The notes below the pieces were generated by a model. That model was not told the DNA's origin. It saw only the letters and a program-made list of their open reading frames with translations, and ran no database searches. A stretch of 63,515 bases of DNA, the filler included, from Intoshia linei (lineage: Eukaryota; Animalia; Orthonectida): NCBI GenBank assembly GCA_001642005.1. It is 4 parts of 4 records of this genome, joined end to end, with 100 filler letters (N's around TTAATTAATTAA, not from the genome) between each part and the next. Parts side by side here need not be neighbours in the genome. Positions count along the whole stretch, not along the records: positions 25,241 to 53,912 come from LWCA01000407.1; positions 54,013 to 57,455 come from LWCA01002110.1; 2 more parts are not named here. The stretch is one strand, 5' to 3'. Both the position numbers and the translations under genes were made by a program. Positions within the stretch are counted from its first letter, which is position 1. The number at the start of each line of letters is the position of its first letter. Shown here piece after piece: positions 40,401-57,455 of this stretch.

Positions 40401-43400
40401 TCTTGAACATGAACACAATTTATTGTGATTTTTCTCATAAATTTGTTGTAATTTAATTAATTTTCTATATAATTTAAGAAATTTATAAGAAAATGTGAGT
40501 TCTTCAATTTGAACAATTCATTTATTTTAAAATTTTGATTTTTCTCATAAATTTCACAATAAATATAGTATGAAATAATTAACTACAGTGTTCAATCTCT
40601 GAAACTTGAACACCATCTATTTTTTGCAGTTAGTGTTCAATTTAGAGCGATCACTGTATACAGTTTAAGTCCTATTTAACGGAATTTCAAAATTTTGACA
40701 AACTAAAAGTTCCGTGAACTAAAATTTTACTTTTAAAACATGTTTTCTTATTATTTATTTACAAGATTATCTTAAATAAAAAAAAAGCAAACCAAAATAT
40801 TCTAATATTTTCAAAAATCTGATAAATTTATAAATAAAAAATATTAAATGTAAATAATTTTTTAAATTTCAGTAACTAGAGATAACATTTTATAAATTTT
40901 ATTTTATTGAGCAATATTAAAAAAATATCAAAATAGCTTCTCTCTACCTCACTTATTTGAATAACTATTATAATTTAGTATAAACATTCACATGTATTTA
41001 TTTAGTATTCACAATCTCCAATATAGAAATATATATCTCTTTATAGCTGTATTTAATAATTTTATAGAAAAACATCGCTAAACATCCTGTTTAGTGGAAT
41101 TCCTAAATTTTTAAGTTCCAAAAATTCCGTTAAATAGGACTTAGACTGTATAAGAAATGTAAATCTGGTGGTGATGAGTGGCGAAGCAATAATTAATTTT
41201 ATGCTGTAAAAATTTGTACAAGTCATTTTTACCCAATTTCCCTAATATACTTAAAAGTACTTTTTAAATTTTTTTTTGAACCATCCTAATATATATACTA
41301 TATATGTACAATGTAATATACATGTGAAATATTCAAGTAGGATCATGGTATACTAAATTGGATTCCCAATGCATTTTGCTTGATCGGTGATTTATACCAT
41401 GTTGATTATTTATAAATAAGCAACAACAAATATTGATTAAAGATTTAATTCATACATTTAATAGTATGTAGTTAATTTTCTCAAATGTGTTTTAGGGTAA
41501 GGCCATTTAAAAAAAAATCTTTTCTCCCTCAATAAGAATAGAGTCAATTAAATGTATTACAACTGTATATTTAAATTTACGTTCTATTTTGTTGGCTATA
41601 CAGAAACATGGTATAGTTTCCCTATGTTTCCGCATTTCGTCAAACCAGACACTCATGTTTTGATATGTTTTTTTTCGAGTTACATCAAAAACCTATATAA
41701 TAAAGATTAAATTATATACAGTACAACCTAAAGCCGCACTTACCCAACTCGAACACGAAAAGCAAAAATAAGCCCCTAAAAATATTTTCGTAAATGATGC
41801 CTAATTCCATATGCATGTATACGTCAACACAATAAAACTCTCTGCACGGGCCAGGACTTGATAGTTTAAATTTGACACAAAATATCTGTTATATTTTTTT
41901 AAATGCGCATTTTGAAAAAAATGTACTACCATTTTAGAAATATTTCGTTAAGCCACCCGAGAAGGTCTCGGGTATGGTAGTTTCGGTTGAGTATATTTTA
42001 TTGAAACCTCTTGATAACGAAAAGAATATTATCATCTAATTCTAGCTATATAAATTCTTTTGAACTTTAGTAGCTACAATTGTAGTAAAATGAAGCGATC
42101 AAGTTTTTTAATTTTTAAAAAAAAGGATAATTTGGGTTGTTGACTATGAAGGTGCAAATTTTTGTGAGAAAAATTTATCTTTATTTTTATATTTATTTTT
42201 GTGCCGCAAAATATGATATATGATTTATTTTTTAAATTTCAGGGACTATAAATTTTCTAAATATAATTACACACAAGGATTTCACCCTTAAATAATGAAC
42301 AAAATTATCAAAAAATTTCGACATTCATTTCTTCACAACTATTATTATAACTGAAATTATCAAGAAATTAATAATTATATTATTATTAATTTGTATTTAA
42401 TAAATTTACCAAAATGGCACCATGAGCTTGATGGTAATACCCTGGATGCAAATTAAAAAATGACTCCTAACATAAAAATCAATAAATATTCTTTAAAACA
42501 TTTTATATTATAATATACTTGTCCTGCGGTATCCCATATTTCTAAATTATCAAGTTATTACTTAAATATAATCTACAACAATCATTCTCAACGATTTTTC
42601 AATTTATTAAAGGCAACAAGTGTATGAACTTAAACAATCAAATTATAGTTCCAAACCTAAAAGATGGTCATAAAAAACATTAATCCCAGAAAAATGAAAA
42701 TTTAAATATCTGTAGTATAGAGTTTTTACCATCTTGCATTCGGATGAAGGAGTGGTACCCAAACTTATTTCACCATGGACCGATTGTCAAAAAGTGCAAT
42801 TTTTAGGGATAGCGATTGATCATAATGGTTATAATTTTCAAAAATATTCCAGAATTTATGTTTTATAAAATTTTACGATATTTTTACTACATAAATGTAT
42901 TTAAAAAAAAGGCTAATTTAGGTTTTAACTATGAAGATGTAAGTTACTGAGGATGAGATTTACGACAATGTTGATGACATTCAAATGCGTTTCAAAATAT
43001 ATGTTCTTTTGAAATTTTAGAACTGATTTTATTTTTAAAATAATAAAATTGGGTTTTTGACCCTGAAGAACTCAATTTCGGAAAATGAAATTTACGATGC
43101 GGCATTACTCATGAAAAACTGTATTAGCAAGTCAGTTTTTAAATAACCGGTACACACACATTAAATACATTATACAACATTATATAAACAAATAATGTAA
43201 TGTATATAATTTTTTTGGGTCCATAGCAAAAAATGGTTTAAAAAGCCTGATTTACACACATAAGAAATGTGATACTACTATGTGATGTGAAATGTGATAT
43301 AAGGTTTGGAAATTTATCGAATAAATTTTTACCGGTTAATTTATTTTAAAAATGCCACTTTTCCCCCATCATTAATAAAATTTAGTAAAAAGTGCCATTT

Positions 43401-43912
43401 TAAACCCTTAAGGAAAAATCCCCTTTTTCCCATATTTTTTTCTATAGTATTTAAAAATTACCTATGCATCCTTTTTCTCCATCGGTAAATTTATGATTGT
43501 AGCTATAAATGGTTACACCATATGTTGAGCTTTTATGTTCGTTGCTAATTTTATTATACAATTTAAAATGTCAATGAAAGTGCTTACTAGCCTTTTTCTA
43601 AAAACCTTTCTACTAATCTAAATGAAAATACATTATAAAAACGTATATAAATTTGACAGTGAATATTGACATTGGAATTTGCTTTACTAAATGTGATGCC
43701 AAAAACCAAGAATAAACTCATTTAAAACAAGAATTAACCCATAAAAAGCATGGTTTTCATAAAATTGAAAATTGTATAATTTTAAATATTCATGAAGCGT
43801 GATTCATCAATGATTTAATTGAATATTTTAAAATTTACTTTGATTTTCCTACAGCGCTATCACCAATGATTATTATTTTTAAATCATTCAGTTTTTTATC
43901 ATTTTTGTCCAT
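37424..43912 (-). CDS. RABL2: Rab-like protein 2 (ciliary/IFT GTPase)
   Basis: MDKNDKKLNDLKIIIIGDSAVGKSK-LVERFL-STYGVTIY-EIWDTAGQ-ESFFNLHPGYYHQAHGAIL-VFDVTRKKTYQNMSVWFDEMRKHRETIPCFCIANKI-FNFAKKHRMPFYFTSAADGTNVVK-CFNDTIKAALVYKQSSTDISDEIYKELQ; extreme C-terminus uncertain. Confidence 0.95.
37720..38690 (-). mobile_element. Helitron-like repeat copy in a RABL2 intron; further partial copies at ~33610-34170, 38925-39560, 42730-43190, 46990-47261, 53575-53760
   Basis: Shared blocks such as gggttgaaattttgtatttatatcaactg and gacccgtaagatgtgag. Confidence 0.75.
39572..41288. mobile_element. Nested MITE cluster: outer TAG(A/G)GTGG-ended element containing TA-flanked MITEs at 40323-40656 and 40661-41148
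   Basis: Outer ends tagagtggttgaaaaa / tttttgaaccatccta; inner TIRs cagtggtcgctc / gagcgatcactg and cagtttaagtcctatttaacggaattt / aaattccgttaaataggacttagactg. Confidence 0.8.
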
Positions 43913-44177
43913 TTGACTGAATGTTGTTTATCACAATGTTATAGAAACTTTGTTGAATATCTGGAGATTATTTACCCTATAAATAATTCAAATAGTTATT
44001 TATCAGCATAAATGTAAATTAAGGACAATAAAAATAAATTTTTAGTGAATACATGATATGTACTACATATATAGATGTTTATATTAAATTCATACATAAT
44101 ATATTAAAAACAGCGGTTACTGATTGATATTTATGTATAACAATATATAGTGCTATAGATATATATTTGTTTACAAC
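43913..44177. promoter_or_regulatory. Putative bidirectional promoter between RABL2 and IQCB1
   Basis: 265 bp between divergent ATGs; X-box-like GTTTCTATAACATT (minus, 43935-43948), GTTACT half-site at 44116, TCAGTC (minus, 43915-43920). Confidence 0.55.
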
Positions 44178-47100
44178 ATGGAATATTTTGTGCGTCAACT
44201 GGATATTATTTATGGTAAAATTATTACACCCAACTGTACCCTCAAAGAAAAAAAAACGCAGATAATCAATCTAAATGGTTTAGTAAAAATATGCTTTGAT
44301 AATTGAAATGTAGACTTATACTTTCGAATGGATGTAGAACTTGAGGATTTGTTTAAAATAAAATGTGAAATATGGAAATTAAATATACATAAAGAAATGA
44401 TTGATATCCTCTTGGAAAAAGGCCAAGAAACTTTGGAAATTGTGGATACCGGAAAAATAATGGGTTTTTTGAGGTACAAACAACATTGTACAATTTACAT
44501 ACATGATCTCTACAATTCGCTAGTTCTGTAGTTCGCTAATCATTTAAATTGCCACAAATTTAAAAAAATTGGTAATACAAATGTAGTAATACAATAGCAT
44601 TATATAAGTTTCTATGGCTATATTGTCTCTATTCCGTTTAATTATATAAGTCTCTTAATTGGCGAACTATACTCTTAACTGTGAAGAGAAAATGTAAATA
44701 AATTTTGAATTTATAATTATATTTTTTGTAAAATATTTAATAGAGATACATGTATGGGAATAGATAACGAAAAGGAAACTATTCAACAAGTAGTTTATGC
44801 AATTTTAGAGTGTACCGACAATGTTTATAATTTTGTTTTTCAAAATCAAACAAAAGTAAGTTTAAAATATTAGTATTGAGTTGTTGACAACCGTGTATGA
44901 CCGCAGCGCCGAACCAACCATACCGATACCCTTTTCGGGTTTCAACGAAATTTTTGTAATACGGGTCCTTATTTTTCATAATAAAAAAATAAATAATCTT
45001 GAATACCATAACTATTTTGCCTATTAAATTTTAAATATCTAACCAAGACCCTTGAATAAGTAGCTAGAAGCCATATGACACTATGAATCGTTCACACACA
45101 AAGAATTGGGGCCTATTTTTGAATTTCGACGATGATCTTGAACTTGGTAAATTCGGATTACGTAAACGTAAACACTAAAAAATACGGATTTATTATTATA
45201 AATGTCTTATTAGATATCAAAATCCATAAAGAGTGAACTATTAAAATTATTTGGGGATAACTTTAATCATATTTCAAAAATTTTGATTGAATACTTAGAT
45301 ATTGCTGTTCATGGTATTTTGTTTATCCTTTATTTTTTTGATATTTTTTTTTAGTTTTTTCGAATGAAAAATTAATTTTTAAATTAATGAACAAATACAC
45401 TATTGAATATCTATGTGTAACATTTAATTGGATGCGAGATGTGATTAAATCGAACATGTACATTTTATACTACAGTTCAAATCCTTATTAACGGAATTGA
45501 AAATTCCCTAATTCCGTTATTATAGAATTTTCCTCATAGTAACATCTTTGTTAACGTAATTTATATTTTTTAAATAAAAACAATTAAATGGTCATATTTG
45601 TTGTTATTATAAGTTTTTGATTAATAGTAGGATTAATGCAGTGCTTCTTATGGGGGTGAATAAGAAAATTTTAAATGATTGTAGGCGAATCTAAAATTTT
45701 TAGCATTTTCATACAATTTAATAAAATCTCTTGAGAAAAAAACAAAATTTTACCAACCCTTAAGGAAAAAATCCCGTTTTATCAATATTTATTTGAAAAA
45801 TCCATTTTTACCAAACTTTTAGAACAAAAACTACTCTATCTGATCCCAAAAGATAAAACCTGATTTTAAAAAGTCTCCTTTTACCAATATTGTTTTGAAA
45901 AAAAATTAATCATTAATTTTTCGGTAAATAATTAATATAATTGGACGACAGAAATAAGTTCCAGTAAAAACCGATTTGTTGATACATTAGAGAGGAAGAC
46001 ATAAAAAAATCAAAAAAAGATATCAGTGACTGTCATAATTTTGTGTGCCCTTCGCTAACATTTTAAAATCATTATTTAAATAAGATTTGTGAAACTGGGG
46101 CAAAGTTAAGAATGTAACTTTTTGATTCAAATATTTTAAATAGTCCTTAAATAAAATCTTATTTAAACTGTTCAATTTGAAATAAAATGATATATTGCAT
46201 TATGATTAGATGGATTTTACATAGCCGCACATAAACGCTCTCAAGGCCACATGCGGCCGTACGGCCGCACGTTGTGTACCTTTGTTCTAGAGCTTTAGAG
46301 ATAAAATTTTTATTAACGAAATTTTTGTTAGCGGAAATTTCGTTAATAAGGACTTACACTGTATTTTAGATTATGTTATTAATATAAATGGTATTTATGT
46401 TTATATTAAATACTATACAGGTAACCCTCGGTTAGTGTATTAATGAATATTAGAGTTAATCCATTGTGATTGAATTCGCACTATTCGGGTGATGATATCG
46501 CAAATTTAATCGCACTAAGCGAGGGTAACCTATATTTATGTTTGTATTTATTTATCATACTTTTAGCAATTTCCTTAATTTTATTAAAACAAATTATGTC
46601 AAATCTTATCTCACAAATATTACTGAAAAATTGTATGAAGGAAGCAATCTTTCTCAATTATTAAAGTAAATTATTACAATGGCGAAGAGATAGTTGAGCG
46701 ACATTTATTTGAGTGGTGTATTGTTAGAGCGACATAATCATAGATTTTTCAAATTAATTAATCATATTTTTGTTAGTTTGTTTAAAGAAAAATTTTTTCA
46801 CCCAATTTTTAAAGATTTTAAAAATAATATTGAAATCAATATTTGGTAGCGGTTTCAAGGCAAGTTTTTTACCCCATTTTTAAGATTTTGAAGATAATTT
46901 TGGTGCCAACATTTGATAGGGGTTTAACAGAACATTTTTTAAATATTTTCAAGATAATTTTGAAAAATTGGGTGAAAAAAAATTTCTGAGGTTGAGACTT
47001 GATATTTACTATAATGTTAATGATTTTAAAACGCGTCTCAGAATTTATATTATTTTAAATACTGGGTTGATTTTATTTTTTAAAAAAAAAGGGAAATCTG

Positions 47101-50100
47101 GGTTTTCATCTTGAAGAACTCCATTTCGGCAAATTAAACTTGCATTAAAACATGACGCTAAAACTGTATTAGAAAATGTTTTTTAACAATATATTCTAAG
47201 AATGTTAATTTTTCAAATAAACGATAACACACACGCATTCAGTTTTATATAAGTAAAGGATATAACTTTATCATTACATTAATTCACTTATTGGCTATGG
47301 TAGGGATTCCCAATGATGGGTTAATACGAGTGTGCTAAATAGTGGCAATTTTACAGTTTCATACATGTTTGTTATTTTGAATTGTAACCCTGTGATACAG
47401 GGCCTGAACATTATAATAAAAATATATTTTATATATTTTTAGTTCATATATTGTTATAATTTCCTTGTTTATTCAACAATCTCGACCTGCTCTAGTACTG
47501 TTATGTTCTGATAATTATAGGTTTTTTTTTATTACAAGTTTGTACTTAATAAAAATTTTCATTTATATTTTAATTCTAGTAATCTTATCGAATTATTAGA
47601 AAATTACATAGATAAAGCGGGTAGTTTATACGTAAACAAGTTAATTAAATTATTAAATTCCGGAAAAATCAAAATCACTGAGGAAAATGTAATATTTTTT
47701 TATCAAAATAATGAAAAAATTGCCAAATATAATCAAAATTTAGAATTTACACAATAACTCAGCCAAAATCCAATCAATTATAAGAGGGTTTATATCAAGA
47801 TGTAAGCTCAAGAAGCAAAAAGAAAGTTGCATCACAATACAGAGATATTATCGGTATAATACAGTATTTTACAATGTAAAATTTAAAGCATGGGTTTCTA
47901 AAGTAGGAAATATCGTCCCAGAAGCGATTAATGCAGTTAGAGAGCGAATGTAGGGGCGGGCGGTTTTAAAAATAATCAAAACGTTAAAAGAAAATTTTTT
48001 CCACACATAGATTTATGCAACGATTGATGTTGACTGACATAAAACCAGAAATAAAAAAAAATTAGTGGATCATTATCAGATCCATTGTTCAATTTTTTTC
48101 AAGGGGAGTTGAAAAAATATATTACTAAAAAGGGGCGGTAGACAAAATAAGTTTTGAAACCTCTGATGTAAAGTATCATATATGTTTGTATTACATTTGC
48201 TTAGGCTAATTAACCTTAAAAAAATGTTAAAAAAAGTGATTTGAAATTTAATAAATTATTGCAGATTATGGAAACACAAGTCAGAAAATGCTAAAAAATT
48301 AAATAAGGAAAAATACGAAAAAAATTTAGAATTTTATTTTAATGTTAACATGAAATGTAGAAATTTAAACTCAAAAATTTATAGAAACATGGTGGCTTTA
48401 AAACCTAGTAAAATTTATTTTAAATTTTATTAATTAATATTAGTGGATATTAGAGAATATATGGATAATTTAAAAAATGATGCTGCTATAATAATTCAAA
48501 AATTCTGGAGAGGATATATTACTAGAAAATCATTACATTTTGAAAAAAACTGTTTATTAAACATTAAAGCTGCAATAGTTATTCAAAAATCAGTAATTGT
48601 TCTATTATTATTACTATTATTATTAGTCACGAGTCGTGACTCATGACTGTGGAGAGAGATAGGTATCATATGGTCCGGGCCCACAATCAGATGTGCCATA
48701 TTATTTTAATTAATTTTAATAGGTAATATTGGAAAATTTCTTAAGTACGTATGTATGTGAAACGTATTATGACCAATCCATTTATAACAGTTATTTTTAA
48801 TTTTTAGTCAATAAACGATCGATTAAACAATGTATAGAGTCTATAGACATCTCATTTTTAAAAAAAAAATTATATAACGGGCTTCAGCTGTTTCTCCACG
48901 GCATTGTATCTAGTACAGCGTTTTCCAACCTTTTTACTCTTGTGGACCGGTGGAAGTGTAACAACATTTTTATGAATCTGTAAAATGTGGTAGTTTATAT
49001 AAAAAATTTATTACTGTGGTTCTCAATGATGTGTAAATTTCTGTCATGGGAGTGATTTTTCAGAAAATTATATTAAAATTAAATTTTTAGCATGATATAC
49101 ATTAGGGGAGTGAATTGGTGGTCTTGTGTTGATCTTCATGTTTGGTTGTTCACTTTGCACCTTTAAATTCAATTCTACCTCATTTATTTTTGTTTTTAGT
49201 GAAAATTTTTATTAATGAAAAATAATAATTTTTATAAAATTATAAGAATTTTGAGCATCGATAAAATAAAAAGTAAACGAGGTAGAATTTAATTTAATTT
49301 GTATTACATATTCTTCGGAGATTTGTTAAAAATGATGCGGATGGGTGGTTGGGAAACGCTGGTGTACTTGTTTTTTTTTTTAAATCAAAATTTAAATAGA
49401 TTAGAAAATTTTTACATTTAAGAGTGACTAAAAAATCTAACCAAGATTATATACTAAATAGTGAAAGTTGGTATAAAAAATTGGTAATTGATGAAAATAA
49501 AATGAATGCTTTGGAACAGGAATTAAAACAAATGGATGATATTCATGTGGTATTTAATTATATATTATTATTTGTATCAGAAAATTTTTTATTAAATGAT
49601 TTTTAGCTTGTTCACAAAACACCTCAAATGAAGTTAAATTTACACGATAGAACGCAACAAATGTTGCGGCAAAGGGCAATAAATTCCAGAATTGAAACAA
49701 CTAAATATAAATCTCGTTTATGCATGGTGGATTCTGTAAATAAGAACATTGAAGTTTTAAAAGGTAATCATTACATCCATAACGGTGAATTCCCACTTTC
49801 TTTGAAATTATAAAATGAATATTTTAATTTTACATTCACTAATTAGTTTATTTAAAAATTTGAGTTATTTTTCATCTGGAATGGATTTGTGAGGTTTAAA
49901 TTTCAAATACCAAAGTGCTTTTTTGCTGGTATGCGTCCCGTTGTGAGATTAAAAAATTTTGAACATGTTAAATACAATGTAGATATAACAATATGAGCTG
50001 TATTTTTTTTAAAATTCAAGATAATTAATTTTTTAAAAAAAGAGTAATCTGTGATTTCGATCGTGAAAATAACTATATATTACAGTGTAATTTGTTTTTA

Positions 50101-50314
50101 AAATACGCATAAAGTGTATGAATAATATGTATTAATAGGCCTACCAAAATTATCACAAGTCACCAAAGAAAATTATCAATCGATAATAAAATTATTTTAC
50201 GGTAACAGTAAATCAATTGAAATGAGAGCCAAGCTAAACCATAATCAAAAATATAGACACTTGATAAACGAAAAAATAAAAAATACGTATGAAACTGATA
50301 CAAATCAATCTTAA
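44178..50314 (+). CDS. IQCB1: IQ calmodulin-binding motif protein 1 (nephrocystin-5)
   Basis: ELEDLFKIKCEIW...FLRYCC at the N-terminus; four IQ motifs (KIQSIIRGFISR, TIQRYYR, IIQKFWRGYITRK, AAIVIQKS); LHDRTQQML...VNKNIEVLKGLPKL...RAKLNH at the C-terminus. Middle exons (45300-46670) are poorly resolved. Confidence 0.85.
45473..46361. mobile_element. pogo/Tigger-type MITE related to 40661-41148, with internal insertions
   Basis: TA|cagttcaaatccttattaacggaatt ... tttcgttaataaggacttacactg|TA. Confidence 0.75.
48916..49361. mobile_element. hAT-type MITE in an IQCB1 intron
   Basis: TIRs cagcgttttccaacc / ggttgggaaacgctg. Confidence 0.75.
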
Positions 50315-50376
50315 TTTATTTAATTATTATTTTTATACATTTTGTAATAAATATTGTAAGTCTTTGATGGAAGAAT

Positions 50377-53552
<3,176 letters not shown>

Positions 53553-53756
53553 CTAAATAACAATCGTTACTCATATAATATGCTTTGTTTGTCTCTGTGT
53601 GTGTTATCATTTATATCAAAAACTATCAGTCTTAAAATTTTATAAAGTCCACACTTCTATTACAGTTTTTTCCGGGTGTTTGTAAGATAAATTTCAACCT
53701 CAAAAACTCCATGTTACTGGTCAAAAAAACAATTGTCTTTTTTTTGAAAATAAAAC

Positions 53757-53912
53757 GAGTTGATGATTATCTTGTTGAAAGACAAAGCCAGGAATTATGT
53801 TACTTAGTTGAGTAAATACATCTTCAAATAAAAATTTTTTATAAGAATCGCTATTAATAGTATGGTCCAATTTCCTAATCATAACTTTCCCGCAAGATGT
53901 TAAACAACCCCA
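53757..53912 (-). pseudogene. Tc1-like transposase DDE fragment
   Basis: GCLTSCGKVMIRKLDHTINSDSYKKFLFEDVFTQLSNIIPGFVFQQDNH. Confidence 0.8.
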
Positions 53913-54587
53913 NNNNNNNNNNNNNNNNNNNNNNNNNNNNNNNNNNNNNNNNNNNNTTAATTAATTAANNNNNNNNNNNNNNNNNNNNNNNNNNNNNNNN
54001 NNNNNNNNNNNNTAATTTAATTATAGTATATAATGAGATATTTAAATTTTTTTTTTAATATATATAGAATTGATAGCAGATAACATTACAATTACATGAT
54101 CACATTTAAATTAAAAAAATGAATATTAAATAAATTACAAGTGTACAAAAATTTAACTGACGACAGGCGTTTTAACAGGATGAACATCTGATATGAGCTA
54201 TAATGAACCTTTTAACAATATATTATAGTGTCTAAATCCAGATTTACAGAAAAGATTTAGTTCGATATTTTTAGCTATTGATAATTAAAAAAAATAAATT
54301 AATAAATTTAATTTTTTTCTGTAATAATAATTGGTTGATTTGGACATTCCTCAGTATACATTGAAACAACTGTTTCATGAGATGATAATGGCTGGGATGA
54401 TGAAACTAAATTATATACTTCCATTGGAATTGGTAAAGTTTTGGTTGCCGGATAAGAGTAAAGGCTTAATTTATTTGTTTTCTTCTTTTCAGAATACAGA
54501 AATAGNAAACGATTTAGTTTGATATTTTTAGCTACTGATATTTAAAAAAAATATATTAATAAATTTAATTTTTTTCTGTAATAATAA

Positions 54588-54730
54588 TTGGTTGATTTGG
54601 ACATTCCTCAGTATACATTGAAACAACTGTTTCTTGAGATAACAATGATTCCAACTGAATGTTTCCATATTCTAGGTGTCACAAATCGCCTTTTAAATCT
54701 CATTATAGACGAATGTCACGTTTGGTATAG
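54588..54730 (+). pseudogene. Possible Transib/Chapaev-like transposase relic, partly duplicated across the N at 54506
   Basis: IPTECFHILGVTNRLLNLIIDEC resembles a PxLHxxLGxxNxL motif; weak. Confidence 0.3.
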
Positions 54731-55210
54731 ATTTAAGAGATTTCAAAGTATATTCTCGTATATTAAACTGTATATTTGCATTATCAAATTTTTACATTTA
54801 TCAGTTATAGAGTAACATTTTTTAGTGTTGGCAAATATATACCACATGAAAAGCAATAATATGTTCTGTTTATTTCGTAGACATGATTTTTAACATTAAT
54901 AAATATTCAAACTTAAAAAACTTCACCTTTTTTAAAGTAATCATTATTTTAAATGATATAATTGGTCCATTTTAGAATTGAAGTGAAACTTTGTTATATT
55001 TTTTAAAACATTAAAAGTGTTAATAAATGGGTTATATGAACTAAAACTTATAAATATATTATATCATTAAAATCAGCGCTAGATTATCCCCAAGATGGTA
55101 TTATTTTTATGCAGATGTATTTTTCAGTGTTGTCTAGTGTTATATAAGTTAGGATAAAGTAAATAAAGAATGTAACTTAAAAGAACACGCACAAATGAAG
55201 AAAATATACA

Positions 55211-56380
55211 TCTTAACTTATATAATATGCGACGCGATTTTTGTTTGTCTGTCTGTGTGTTTTACTTTAATAAAATAACTAGCACTCTTAGAATTTTTTA
55301 AAGACCACATTTTTAGTACAGTTTTTTCCGGAGCGTATAAGATAAATTTTAACCTCCCAATTTCACATTTTAAGGGTCAAAAACCCCTGTTGTCCCTTGT
55401 TTTAAAAATTAAACGAGTTGGAGAATTTAAAAAAATATACACGCTGATGCGAATTTTAAAATCATAAACATTATCATAAATTTAAATTTAAAAAGCTGAT
55501 GCGGATTTTAAAATCATAAACATTATCATAAATTTAAATTTAAAAAAATACACTGATGCGGATTTTAAAATCATAAACATTATCATAAATTTAAATTTAA
55601 AAAAATTGTATCTTCAAAGCCAAAACCCAAATTCCTCTTCCTTTTTTTTAAACAGCCCTAGAATTTCAAAAAATTTACAGGTGGTAGAGTTGTATCATGT
55701 TAACACACATAAAAAATTTCAATCCGAATAAGTGACGACTTCACGGTCAAAAAAGCATTTTAGTATTCATATATTTTTTTTCCGAAACATTTTATTAAAA
55801 CAATAAATGTAAAATAATTAACAGACCGAAAATTAAAAAACAGGATTATTGTGATAGAGCTTATTCCAGTTGATATAAATACAAAATTTCAACCCCAGAA
55901 ATCTACCATTCATGGTCACAAATAATTTTTAATATATTATCAACCAATATTTTTCAAATATTTCGAATTAAAATAAAAATGTAAATATTGATTTTACAAT
56001 TTCAAAAAAAATTTGGATTGTACGTCTACACATTTCCAGTGAATACATATGGGTAAAAATCTATATAATTCATTCCTTCAAAATGATTTTTCATTGCTAC
56101 GCAATTTTTAAATTTTTTAAACATTTTGAACAAAATCTACGGCAACGAATTTATAAAAGTTTTGATACTAACTTAATTTGAAAATCCAAAAATGAAAAGT
56201 AACATTCACAAGAAAAAAGTATGGACACATTTTTAACATCAATTATTTTTATATTACAATCCTTTGCATTAATGGTAAAATTCGACGGAAATATTTATAA
56301 AGTGGAGATTCAATTAATTATTAATACACAATTGGTATTTTTAAGTATTTATTAAATTGGTACTGAATATAAGTCATCAC
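55211..56380 (+). mobile_element. Helitron-like copy with an internal 3x ~52-57-bp tandem repeat (55444-55606), cut by a hAT relic
   Basis: A|TCTTAACTTATA start, gtctgtctgt tract, repeat unit ctgatgcggattttaaaatcataaacattatcataaatttaaatttaaaaa. Confidence 0.8.
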
Positions 56381-57455
56381 TAGGGCATACTTTTTCTAAC
56401 CTATCAAAATAAAATTCTAAGTTTTTTAACTTATAAAAAATTCCTTTATTTTGTGAGTAATTTCTACAGCATGCTAAAACTTCTTTCTACACCGTTAGAA
56501 GTTGAAAGGCCATTTCTCAATTGCCTGTACAATGAAGGAGGTTTGGATTGATCCATAGCTAACATAATTTTTTCGATATCATTCTTTTTTAGTCTTTTTT
56601 CTATATATAGTTGTATTTCACATGGGTCAGGAATAAATTGTATTTTTTTATGGTATCATATGCTTGATTAATAGTGAACGACTCTCTTGCCATGTCAATA
56701 ACACCTAATATAGATGTATACCCGTTTAATTCATTATATAATCAAATCATAGATACAGCTTTCCTCGCTCGCTGTATAATTACACCATTTCCGGGTATAC
56801 CATCTACAATTTTTTTTACCAATTCAAATTTGTTGATATAGTAAACACTGGTTTCAAGCCAAGTACCCCACCTTGTAATCACTGGTTTGGGTGGATAACC
56901 AATGTCATAAAACAATTCGCGGAGCGATTTATTCTTTAGTGTACGAAATTTTATGCTGCTGATGAGTTCGTCAACAATTGTATATTTCTGTCGAAGCTTC
57001 ATGCAACAGTTATGCATTAGATGGCTTATGCAAGTAACATGGAATAAATTTGGATACAGCATTTGCAATTGTGATGTGATCCATGTATTTTATCTAATAT
57101 TGATATTATATATATATTTGCAATTGATAAAAAAATTAAAATTACCATGCAGCATCAGTTACGAATAAAACAAAATTTTTCCTTTTTATATTCAAAGATT
57201 TGGCAGTGTCGTCCACATTATGTAGAACAATTTGATCATTCATGTTTGTATTAATCATTTTACAGTCAAACAGCATTAAATTTTGGGGGTTTTTAAAGTA
57301 CCGACAATTATATTTATATATTTAACATCGTTTAAATCGGTTTTATCCAATATCATAAATATACGTCATCTTTACAACACGATTTTATCCTTTCAATTTC
57401 ATTCAAATATACCTGGTCGATTTTACCACGACAATTGTTTTCAGATGGTAACGAT
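56381..57455 (-). mobile_element. hAT-superfamily (CGGBP1/DUF659-like) transposase relic
   Basis: LYPNLFHVTCISHLMHNCC (CxxH), PPKPVITRWGTWL, TSNGVERSFSML dimerisation motif; tagggcatac terminus; frameshifts and stops. Confidence 0.88.

Noticed and set aside
53553-54012. TMEM245 lacking its 5' half
   Set aside because: The gene runs into a scaffold gap
54240-54640. Duplicated MVDLDIPQYTLKQLF ORFs
   Set aside because: The copies flank the N at 54506; likely contig overlap in a TE relic
55444-55606. Three direct repeats resembling a CRISPR array
   Set aside because: No unique spacers, eukaryotic context, and it is an internal slippage repeat of the Helitron-like family
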